From Andalucia godoyi And28 (Eukaryota > Protista > Jakobida): a stretch of 64,000 bases of DNA. Location: contig VRVR01000005.1 in assembly GCA_009859145.1 (NCBI GenBank), positions 13,917 through 77,916 of the forward strand, written 5' to 3'. The notes under the pieces were generated by a model. That model had not been told where the DNA came from and made no database searches. It saw only the letters and a list, made by a program, of their open reading frames with translations. Below are positions 43,097 to 53,965 of the stretch, piece after piece; within the stretch, counting starts at the first letter, position 1; every line of letters starts with the position of its first letter. A program made the translations under genes and the position numbers.

Positions 43097-43454
43097 AGAG
43101 GAATGCCGTGAGGCTGCGGCAGGGACGGAACCAAGCACAGCAACCGTGTCACCGCATGATGCAACGAGCCGTGGTTACATTGCGATGCTGGCGGTGCTGC
43201 CGTCGATGCGAGGGCGCGGGATCGGGAGCATGCTTGTGGATCGTGCGATCGCAGCACTCGAAGCAGCGCGCTGTGACGAGGTGGTCCTTGAGACGGAAGT
43301 TACTAACAAGAGCGCGCTCAAACTGTACGAAGGCGTCGGGTTTGTACGAGAAAAGAGACTACATCGATACTATCTCAACGGATGCGACGCACTGCGCCTT
43401 AAACGATGGTCCCCTTCTCCGTCTTCTTCTGCATCTCGAAAAGTCGACTCGTAA
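42735..43454 (+). CDS. NAA30: N-alpha-acetyltransferase 30 (MAK3, NatC catalytic subunit) with a (Pro-Ala)n insert
   Basis: LSEPYSVFTYRYFI, VGSIVCRL, RGYIAMLAV, RGRGIGSMLV, EVVLETEVTNKSALKLYE, EKRLHRYYLNGCDALRLK. Confidence 0.95.
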
Positions 43455-43592
43455 ACTGTGCATACAATGTTCATTAATGTACAGGAATCAATAATAATTA
43501 AAATTAAAATTAATATGATAAAAATTAAAACCACAGAAAAATAACAATAAAATAATAATACAACAAACACAAGAACAGGTGTTTGGAAGAAA

Positions 43593-44035
43593 TGATAGGC
43601 AACGCCTGCATTATACACTGAACATGCATATCGACGAATAGACATGCATACTCAGTCTTGCATCCCGTCGCCGGGAAGGGGGGTGGGCCCCAACACGCCT
43701 CACGGCGCTCTTCAGATAGGTGTTCCGCGCTCCGTTCCCAATCTCGATCAATCGGTGAGCCACTTTCTCAGCGTGACACGTTGTTCTTGAGAAGCGTGCA
43801 TTTTGATTCTGACGGCCCTGGCAGCAGGCGCTTTCGTGTCCTCAGTTGCAGCGATTGATGCACCTGGAGATACGAGAGTAGGAAGAGACGGCAGGCATAG
43901 TGACACGTGGTCTCTTAGGAGGTCTGCGGGACCTAGGAGGCCCTGCATCGGGCGGCGTCGGCGTAGGCGAATGCGTCATCGCAGGCACTCACGCCCATAT
44001 TTTGAATTAAAAAAGTGAAACCAACGAATGATAGG
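43593..44035 (-). mobile_element. Internally deleted, non-autonomous Fanzor2/TnpB-type element
   Basis: N-terminal TnpB-like motif RAVRIKMHASQEQRVTLRKWL joined directly to IDRDW-NGARNTYLK; tail homologous to 22365-22487; 9-bp direct repeat AATGATAGG at 43591-43599 and 44027-44035. Confidence 0.78.
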
Positions 44036-44227
44036 TGGCTACGCGTAAGCACGAATTCCCTGTGAAACAAACGTGCTAGTGTCGGCCAGTATTGACCGTG
44101 TCCGTTTATGTATACTTCCTTCCGTATGTATCACAATGTCGTGTCATTATTCAACGGCGCAGACAGACACACAGCGGCAACCAGAGAGGATGCATGAATA
44201 AGACAAAGAAGAGACGGGAGGAACGGG

Positions 44228-46566
44228 CTACGAGGCGACAGAGAGGGCAGCGAGGCGTTCGCGCTCGTATTCTTCCATATCGTCATCCTCGCCGTCATCC
44301 CCCTCGTCATCGTCAACGTAACCCCATGGCAGCACCACAGAAGGATGGACGAGCATCGAGGCCCTTCCCACATCCGGTCGTTGCAGCTCCACTACACCTT
44401 CTTCTTCCTCCCCAACCTCCTGCTCTTCCTCTGCTGCTGCAAGACCATCCTCGCCTTCGTCGTCATCAGCGATCACCCGGCGGTCTCTCTCGCTGTTCGT
44501 CGGAACAGCCATCGATCTGAGGCTCCCACCGTCCATGTCGCTCTCGTCACTCTCGCTCTCACCTTCTTCGTCATCGTCATCGTCATCGTCATCGTCGTAC
44601 TCTTCGTCACCGTCAACATCATCATGCACACCATCTTCCACATCGTCATCCTCGCCACTGTCGTCGCCAATGCCCCCTAGAACATGGTGCTGTCGCAAAC
44701 GCAATCTCGAAGACGACGGAATGGGATTCGTATTGACGCTTGTCGTCATTGGTGACACAGAACTCGTGGTGTGGCTCCCGTGATGCCGACGACCACTTCT
44801 GCCTTCCGCAGCACGGCTGTCACGGCCGCCATTGCCTTCAACAGTCGTGCTGTTTCTGACTCCAACTCCAACGTCGCCGTCGCCGTCGCCGTCATCATCG
44901 TCTTCATCGTCAGAAACGCTGCTGGAAGCTTGTTGGACAGTGAAACGACCATCCTGATCATCCTGTTGAATCGTGTCTCGCACATAATCACTCCTGCTCC
45001 TTTCGCTCGCTCTTCTTCTTCTTCGCCGACTCGCATCACTATCTGCACTGCTTCTGCTGCGGCTGCCGTTGATGTTCCCACCGCTGCTGGTATTCACATC
45101 GGACGGGCTCCGACTGTCCCTTCTACTATCTCTGACTCTTCGAAGAATGATGCAATTCGCGAGTCGGATCTTCTCGAGGTGCTTGGCCCGTGCCGTCAGA
45201 TGCGAGATTCCCCTCTGAGTAACGTACACGCAGTTTGCAATAGCAATTCTTACCAGTGCTCTGCAGTTCTGCGCAACAAAAAAGAGCGCCACGTCGGTGA
45301 TTTTTGTGTGGTTGATTCTGAGATTCACAAGCTGTCTCCCGATTCCGGCGAGTGCGAGTACCGACATGAATGCATCCGACACGCCATGACATCTTGACAA
45401 ATTAAGCGAAACGAGCAGTGGGCAGTGCGCATCGAGTGCCCGCACCGCATTGTACGTGATTCTGGAGCATGCCTTGAGATTCAGTCCCAGCAACAACGGC
45501 GTCGATGCAGTGCATCGTGAAAGCCCGTCGTCCGAGAGCAGCACACAGTGCGATAGAGACAGATACACCAACCCTGGTGCTGCAGCCGTCATTGTTGCAA
45601 TACCCTTGTCAGACAACAGTCGCGACGACAAAGCCAGTTTCTGCAACCGTGGAAACGCACATCCGGACCCCGAGCCACTGAGGGAGCTGCTGTGAGACGA
45701 CCCGCCAGACGCAGCGGCCTTGACAAGCCCGCGGTCTGTGATGGAGCAGTACTTGAGCGAGAGCGCAACGAGCGATGCGCCCAGCGCCGATGCAATCACT
45801 CGCAGTCCCGCATTCGTGATATGCGGACAGTTGGTCAAGTCCAGCGACTGCAGCCCTCCTGTGGACAGCGACACTGACAATGAAGAGGAAGAGGAAGAGG
45901 AAGAGGAAGAGGCGAGGCAAGAAGGCGACAAGCAGCGTCCGTAATGTGAGGACAGTGAGACAGATTCACGTGCGTCGATTGCGGACAGATCACGAGCGAC
46001 AGGTTGTGGTCTGCAAGCTGTCCGGACTCGCGATGTGCAATGCGACACAGCAGCGCTCTGGTGCCGTGCGGAATCCCATCCAGATCAGCATCGCTGTAAT
46101 AATTCAAATGATGTCCAATAAACGACGCACACAAATACGATAACTGCGACCTACTGTCTGCTGAAGAATCATGCCTTTTCTTTGGTCGGACCGCTCCAGG
46201 AGACGACGACGATGCCGATGCCGATACCGAGGAAGCCGCAGACGGATCAGCGGACGAAGTGGACGAGGAGGAAAGGAGTGATTTAAGAACAGACGGCCAT
46301 GATCGAGACGGTGGCTTGAGCCGCGAGATCGCGAGTCGCTGTTCCTCCAGAATCGTCCTTTCACTTTTACTTTTCCGTCTCTTCAAAAACGATAGCGTCG
46401 ATGACGACGCTAATGTCGACGACGCTATTGAAGTGGACGAGGAAAAGATCGGAGAGCCAAGAGATGACGTCCGCTGTGGTTGCTGCATCTGCAGATGGTG
46501 TTCATCATGGAGATGATGGTGGTGGTGATGAGAGGACCGGCGCGAAGACGATGATCCACAGCCCAT
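44228..46566 (-). CDS. AMN1: AMN1-like cysteine-containing LRR protein with a dual-acylation N-terminus (MGCGSS) and an acidic tail; one gene split over two frames near 45874-45929
   Basis: ORF 45835-46566 holds the AMN1-like N-domain (LSYLCASFIGHHL..GQLADHNLSLVICP..VNLSHCPHITD); ORF 44228-46048 continues the LRRs (LQSLDLTNCPHITNAGL, LSLSHCVLLSDDGL). Needs a 56-nt intron or a 1-nt indel. Confidence 0.7.
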
Positions 46567-47308
46567 TTCGCAAGATCCAGCCAGTAGTGAAACAGAAAAA
46601 GAGGCAGCTACGTGCGCGGATTGGGGGGGATTCCTCTGTTGTTGTTAAAATTGTTGATTTTCTTCTCCGGTTCTGCTGCTCTGATCTTAAATGTTCATGG
46701 TACAGAAAACAACTTTCCGAATGGCTAGACAGCGTTGAATTTGTGCTTGTTTCTTGTTTTTTCCCCTCTGCAATGTTTTTTTCTTCTTCTTGTTTATTTT
46801 TCCTTTCTCTTTTTTGTTTGTTTGTTTATGGGCGCAGCAAAGGAAACCCGAGAGAGGAAGAGATGCCCTTTCGGATGTGGGTCGATTGGTCATGCGTTCC
46901 ATCAGAGGCGTTTGATGGGATAACCATCTGTGATGGACATGTCGGGTCAGAAAGGACGGAAAGAGAGCACACGTCTCAAGAGTCAAGGCATCAACTCGCA
47001 AGTCAACCAAACACTACCGTAGTCCCCTCTAGCAAGTCCGCCCAGAATCCCTGTAACGGGTGCGAGCGCTGAACCCTATTTCTGAATTTCAATTTTCCAC
47101 CGAGTTTTTTCCGTTTTGCTTTTTGACTGTCTCTGTTTGATATCTTTTCTCTTTTCTTTTTTCTTTTTATGTTTTACCTTTTATCTTTTTTCTCTGCAGT
47201 GTTTTTTCCCCCCCGTTTCATTTTAGTTTTCATTTTCATTTTTATTACATTGACTTTTAGGCTTTGGAATTGCACAAGAGCTCAGTACAGCAGCACATCG
47301 CAGTAGAA

Positions 47309-47596
47309 ATGCCAGTGAAAGGAATCCAGTATTCTGAAAAGTACAACGACGACAAGTTTGAGTATCGCCATGTGATTCTTCCAGGAGACGTAGCCAAGCT
47401 TGTTCCGAAGGGTCGGCTGCTTCACGAGAACGAGTGGCGCCAGCTTGGAGTCCAGCAATCGCGCGGATGGATCCACTACGCTATCCACCGTCCAGAGCCG
47501 CACATTCTTCTCTTCCGCCGCTCGCTGTCGTATGCTCAGCAACCAAACGGAACCGTCGCAACCGCCACCGAAGGACAGCTTCAGACTCAGTGCTAG
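47309..47596 (+). CDS. CKS1: Cyclin-dependent kinase regulatory subunit (95 aa)
   Basis: [48 protein letters not shown]. Confidence 0.97.
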   Translation: MPVKGIQYSEKYNDDKFEYRHVILPGDVAKLVPKGRLLHENEWRQLGVQQSRGWIHYAIHRPEPHILLFRRSLSYAQQPNGTVATATEGQLQTQC

Positions 47597-47831
47597 TCGC
47601 AGCAAGTAGTAGTAGAAGAAGAAGAAAAGAAGAGTATACAACATGAATAAGAAAATACTATCAAGCCTGCCAAGCATGTCAGACGGTCCGTCATGCTGCT
47701 GCTGACGATGAGGATAGCGCTGCTGTTATCGACGATTAACCTTTTGCGCGTGAAAATAAATACGAGAAGAAAAGACGAGGGAGAGAGAAATGAGAGATGC
47801 CGTGGTTTATTGTTCAAAAGATGACGCCGAC

Positions 47832-50800
47832 TCACGACTTGTTGAACTTTGCAATACGGTCTCGGATGCTGCCAAACGAGGAAACATCGACAGAGGCAGC
47901 GGTTGTCGACGGACTCTCCGCGGCCTTAGGCAGAGAATACTGCGGAACGCTCGGCGGAGTGGTGGAGGAAGACGTGGTGGTGGTCATCATCGAGGAGGAC
48001 AGCATGGGGCTTGACATAGAAGACGTTCTCGAATGTGCGGGGGAATACGATCCAGAAGTCGCAGGGCCGACTGGGGTTGCCATGCGAGGTGGAGAAATGC
48101 TCGACGACGTGGCTGAGGCAGGTGCAGCAGAGGACGACGCTGACCGCTCATGCCCAGCACCACCACCACGCGGGATTGCAGAACCCAACGGCGCAGCGGG
48201 AGGATTCAAAGCACCGTACGCCACAGAGTATCGATACGTGGACTGCGGGGATGGACTGGACTTCAGCTGCGGGGCAGTCGCTGTCGCAGACGAGGCTGAA
48301 AATGTCGACTGCGGCTCTGCAGCAAGGGCAACAGAATTTACCTGGCCAGATTGCTTTGAACCAGGGGTAAGCAGAGGAACAGGAGGAACTGCAGGAGATG
48401 TACTGACCGTTCGTGATGTTGCTGGTGCTGTTATCGACGCAGTTGGTTTAGGAGGCGAAGATTCTTGCCCATTGGCGGTTGGAGGAAGCCACTTGTTACT
48501 ATCTGCAACTGCAACTGCAACTGCAACTGCACTCGAAGGCACAGCAACGGCAGGGGAACTTGCAGGGTTGCATTCCACGGGTGATAATCCAGGGTCCAAT
48601 TGCTGGCGCCGCTGCAGCCGTGCGAGGAGCTCGGAAGAAGCAGATGTTGTCGAAGGTGACTGGTAAGTCGTTGCGGAAGCTGCAGGGGCCACGGAAACGG
48701 GTGTTGTTGAAGAATGACCAACCTTGGAAACGGGCAGGGATACAGTGACAGGCGAGGCCTGAAGAAACCCTGGAGACTCATTCACCGGCGGGGTCTCCTT
48801 GACGGGAGTGCCACTTGGTGCATCTGCAGAAGGACCTGACGGAGACTGCAAATCTTGTTCCCGCAATTGTCGACGACGCAGCACTACCGTCAACTCGGAA
48901 TTCGTATTCGTATTCGTATCCGAAGCAGAGGGCTTTTCCGGTGTTGTAGGAGCCTTGCGAGCACCAAGGACGGGGACTGGCGGCGTCGCCGGTGTTGCAG
49001 AATGCGAAGCTCCAGAAGGCATACGAGCGTGAACAGTAGACGATTCCACTGGACCTTCAACACGCGACCGCGACTGCGAATGGGGTTGTGGCTGTGGCTG
49101 TGATTGCTGGTTGCGATCTGGCGTGCGACTCAGCGGAGGAGGACTGGCGACAACGACAGATCCATTTCTGTCGACTGGCGTGTCTAACGTCGGATCCTTC
49201 CCTGCATTATTAGCGGGTTGAGGCGGTGACGGTGGAGGCGGGGGAGACAACGACCTCGACAGTAGTGGGAGTGGAGCAGCGGCAGCAAAAGAACCCGTCG
49301 GAGATGGAAGTGGTGCCAGTCCTGTCATTGCTGCCACAGAAGGTGCTGCAACAGCGCTCGCGGATAGCTGATCATCGTTCGATGCAATTCGCGGCTGCGA
49401 TGGCGGGGGCGGGGGCGGGGGAGACACACTCTGCGGGCCCGATGTCGATGCGGAGCGCACAGGCGGCGGTGATGGAGGTGGCGGCGGCTTGAAATCCCCC
49501 TTTTCCGACCCCTGGCCGTTCGGTGTTGAAACATCAGTGATTGGTGACTGAACGAGTCCGTCAAAATGTCGAAGCATTGCGTCCTCTGAATCAACAGATA
49601 ACGGACATTCCAACATCGGGAAGCGTTCCGGAGCACTGCCGGGATCCAGAGTCGACATCGTCGAGCTGATGTCGTCAATTTCTTCTTCTTCCACAAGCAG
49701 CGGCTGTGTGCGCACTGGAGGCAGTGGCGGAGGGCGGAAATTCAGGCGTCCAGCGGGCGTCATCGGGGCAGTAAAAACTTGCACGGGGGCTGGAGCCACG
49801 TATTGCGTTGACGAATCAGGTCTTCTCGAAACCTCGAGATCCAGTCCTTCAATGCGCCACAGAGGATTTGTGGTATCCGTAAACTTGAATGTTGTGACTT
49901 CATTTCGACGAAGGGGAGACAGAACGGAATCAAACTTGGGAGGAGGAGGAACAAGAGATGATTCCGTCTCCAAATCCAGCCGCGGTCCGGTGGCATCCTT
50001 TCCTACAAACGACTCGCTTGTTTCAAATTCAGAAAGCTCAGCGCCGTCACTGCTTGCAATGGCAGCATTTCTGGTGTCTTCCACCTGAGAAGCAGTCTCC
50101 GATCTACGATCCGATGCTGGCTTTGTCGGATTGGACGGCTCAGAAGGCTTGGATTCAACAAACCTCGCTTCCTGCTCGACTTTCATTCGCTGGGCTCGTT
50201 TCTCTCGTGCTTCCTTCATCCATGGCGGTTCCTCGGAGCCATCTCGAGAAGGAGGAGACATAGACACGACGGTGGCTCGCTTCAAAGTCTGTCGATGCGA
50301 AGCAATCAAGGCAGACCGATCTTCCGATTCCTTGCCAACAGCCTCAAGATAAGAGGGCGCCTCCGATGCTTTCTTCGGCTTTAACTGCGTTTGCAATGCT
50401 TGCTGTGCGATCAATGCGGCAAAATTGAACTGCACTGGAGACACTTCTGGTTGCTGTACTCCATTCCCAGGCGTTGCCGTCGAGCGCGGAGGAGGCACTT
50501 CTGGAGTCGCGGAATTCAAAGATGTGCGCTGCGACGGCGGTCGATCTGCATTTGTTGTTTGCTGATCATCCAATGAATAAACGGCAGCATTCTTTCCAGC
50601 AGACTTCTGCAGCTGATGCTGCTCCAATTGTTGTTTGAACGACAGAGCCCGTGGCCGCTGGTGTTCCTCCGAAACGACTGGTGAAAGCGGGTCTGTCGAC
50701 GGACCCTGCGACGATTGCGGTGTGGATGGTAATGGAGACGTCGGGTCCCAACTGCCAACCTCGCAATAATTGACAGGAAACCAACCTTGTTTTCCCAGAA

Positions 50801-52440
50801 ACTGCCCAAACTTCCAGTCAGCAGTCTCATTTGTAACAGGAATGTACACAATGTCGGCGTGTGCGGGGAAAATGAGATCGGTATCATGGGATTCGCAGCC
50901 AGCAGTGGGATAGGCATACAATGTTTTGATCATTCGGCAATCCGGGCGAGATTTAAGCATGGAAACATCCATGTCGTGCCTCTTCTTGTAGTCAGGATCA
51001 TACTCGGAAGGCGACAGCGTGAACAGCTGCCAGAACTTGTTAATCTTCAAAAATGTCACGTCAGCCTTCGGCTGTCCTCGCAAAGAGGCCGTATTCTCGA
51101 TGAGCTTCGCGACTTGTGCTTCAATGGCAGCAACCCACGAATCCCTGTCGTCATTCGAGTCTGCAATCAGCGTGTACGTTCGATGTGGAACAACAATCTG
51201 AAACAGATGCTGCAGACCTGCTGCATCGGATAGCTTGCGAGCCCATGCAACGGGGCTGTTCTTGAGCCAAATGGTTCCAGAGCAACGCAGATTGCCAGGA
51301 GAGCCTTTGCAATACATCAGACAATCGCTGAACAGAAAGAACTGCCTTGCTTGGATGGCACGATCTGAAATCTTCTTCAATATTCCTTCCTTGACGAACC
51401 TTCGATGAGGCACCAGAAAATCCTTCTCCACTCCATGGACCTTTTCCAAAATGCTCATGAACTTCTTTCTCATGATCATGTCTTGCACCTTTCCATTCAC
51501 ATCAAACGTTGCCTCCTTGACCTTCTCCAGAGCCTCTTCAAGTGCTTTCCGATCAGGATGATACTCGCAAGTATCCTTGATCAGCTCGTTGATTAGCAGC
51601 GGATACTTTGACAGACGCTGAACGGGACGAATCATCAGGGACTCCAAGGTCTGCATTTTGGCCCTCGAGTCCTGCATACACTGGTCAAGGAACCGCTGGA
51701 ACGCAGGATTCGCCGACTTTCGCTTGACAAGCTGCAGCGCATCTTCGTACAAGCTACAAAACGACGTGTATGACTTGATGACATATAGCCCGGCTTTGCT
51801 GAACACGTCGCCTAGACAATGAAAATCTTTTCTCCGGAAGGACTTGCGCGCATCTAATCTCTGCTCGATGTCTCTTAGCAGCTGTGAATTAGCAATTAAA
51901 ATAGTCGGAATTTGCCCAAATACTAATTGCACCTCATCGGGTGAAAGAAGTTTGTAATCGCTGAGCGGCGTTATATACAACTATACACCAAAACAAAAAT
52001 CAACAACACAAAATCAACAAACATTAATAATAAGCACATCAACCAACCATCCATCCATCCATTCCAGTTGCCAAAGAAGCAGCAGCAGCAGCAGCAGAAG
52101 AAGAAGAAGAAGAAGAAGAATGCAGTCTACATACATCTTGAATGATCTTCATGCAATTCACAAACACTCGCTCGGTATGCACGATTTCGCGAAGCACGTG
52201 ACATCTTTCCATTGCTCGAGACCCTAAACAGCAATAAACAAAAACAAAGCAGAAAATTGAACACGACGGTAAGAATAAACAATCGATGCGTCACATTTGA
52301 AGTGAAACAATACACCAAAATAATAATAATAATAATAATAAATAAATAAATAAATAACACATACACGGCTTTCCCAGTCGTCGGCGCTGAAGCCATCGTC
52401 TGACAATCGATTGGACGCAAACGATTTGCTTGTGATCCAT
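47832..52440 (-). CDS. IQ-DH-PH-SH3 Rho guanine nucleotide exchange factor with a long Pro/Ser-rich tail; exons 52440-52365, 52223-52135, 51980-47832 (1437 aa)
   Basis: Two GTATGT..TAG introns keep the frame (phase 1, then 0) and give MDHKQIVCVQSIVRRWLQRRRL (IQ) and VLREIVHTERVFVNCMKIIQD/LYITPL (DH start); LESLMIRPVQRLSKYPLL; PH RQFFLFSDCLMY; SH3 WKFGQFLGKQGWFPVNYC. Confidence 0.88.
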
Positions 52441-53069
52441 GGCCGAATCAGAGGAGCATCAAAGGCACAGCTATCGCTCTCGAAAACTACCTTTTTCCAC
52501 CCTTGTGTGCGCGTATGTATGTTTGCGTGCGTGTATGCGTGCGTGAGAAGAGACCACCTAGAGGAAATGAAAAAAAGACTCTAAAACGTTCGTTTTATTG
52601 ATTCATTACCTTTTCGGAAACCCAACTCCCTGTTGCATCAATTGATGAGAGGCGCCGTTCGCCACGTGGGGGGGAACCGGAGTTGATGCTGTACTGTAAT
52701 TGATTTTTTTTTCTTTTTTCTGCTTCTTCTTCTTCTTCTTCTTCCCCCGTCGAGTCGCGTTGTCGAAGGTTCGTCCAATTGTTTGCTCTGAGCATGCTTC
52801 AGCGGTTCCGAAAATAATAAACAATAATAGATTTTTTTTTTGTCTTCTTTTCTTTCTTCTCATCATTCATTTTTTTCCCCCTTTCCTCTTCTCCTTGTTC
52901 TTCTGACAAATAGAAAAGGCTTCAAGAAGAAAAAAGGGTTCAATTTGCCTTTTGTTTGGTTCTCGCGCTCGCTGTCTCTGTAACACATCTTTTACTATTT
53001 TCTTTCCCTTTATTTTGCTATTTTTTGTGATTTTTGGTTTTTTTGGAGTTTGTGCTTGTTTTGCCAATC

Positions 53070-53773
53070 ATGTTCCTCGTCAATTGGATGTACTCCATGC
53101 TCAACTATCTTGGTATGTCACATTTATCCCCATCATTCGGACCCTGCAAAGCTATTTGTGTTTCCCATCGGTAGATTGTTTGTTCATGTTTCTAATGCAG
53201 TTGTGTGCTGTATATGATTGTTCTTTACGATGCTGAATAGGGCTTTATTACAAGAATGCCAAGATTCTGTTCCTGGGGCTGGACAATGCGGGAAAAACTA
53301 CCCTTCTTCACATGCTTAAGGACGAGCGCCTTGTTTCTCATGCCCCGACTGCACGTCCGTCTTCGGAAGAACTCACTCTTGGAAAGATCAAGTTCACTGC
53401 ATTTGATCTTGGTGGGCATGACCAAGCCCGTCGTGTGTGGGCAGACTATTTCCAGAAGGTAGATGCCATTGTCTTTATTGTGGACACATACGATAAGAAG
53501 CGGTTTGCCGAGGCAAAGCGAGAGCTGGATGGGCTTCTCGGCCGCGAGGAACTTGCCAAGGTTCCCTTCCTCATCCTTGGAAACAAGATTGACCTGGCTG
53601 GAGCCGCCTCTGAAGATGAGCTGCGCATGTCGCTTGGCCTTTCCAGCTTCACCACAGGAAAGGGCAATGTCCCCGTCAAGGATGTGCGGCCAATGGAAAT
53701 CTTTATGTGCTCTGTTGTCAAGCGCCAAGGATACGGTGAGGCATTCCGCTGGTTGGCACAGTACCTGAACTGA
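53070..53773 (+). CDS. SAR1: Small GTPase SAR1; exons 53070-53112 and 53241-53773 (191 aa)
   Basis: A GTATGT..AATAG intron joins [15 protein letters not shown] to [27 protein letters not shown]; [27 protein letters not shown]. Confidence 0.97.
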
Positions 53774-53965
53774 TCGTTTTGACAGGAGATGGAGGACGAA
53801 GTCGGAGCGGAAGAAGAAGACGAAGAAGAAGATGGTGGTGGCGGTGGTGGTCTTTGCAATGTCGAATAGATGGTAAATAGGAGTGATTCAACTTTTGTAC
53901 ATGTTTTTTTGTTTTTTTTGCGGCAGCGATGGGGATAGATTACAAAAGATATTGGATGCTGGCCA

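Noticed and set aside
2606-47308. TTG/CTG-initiated N-terminal extensions in the ORF track (kinesin, SCY1-like, FHA, UNC93-like, GST, oxygenase, Nudix, LRR, CKS1 and others)
   Set aside because: They run through AT-rich UTR/promoter sequence; homology starts at the downstream ATG
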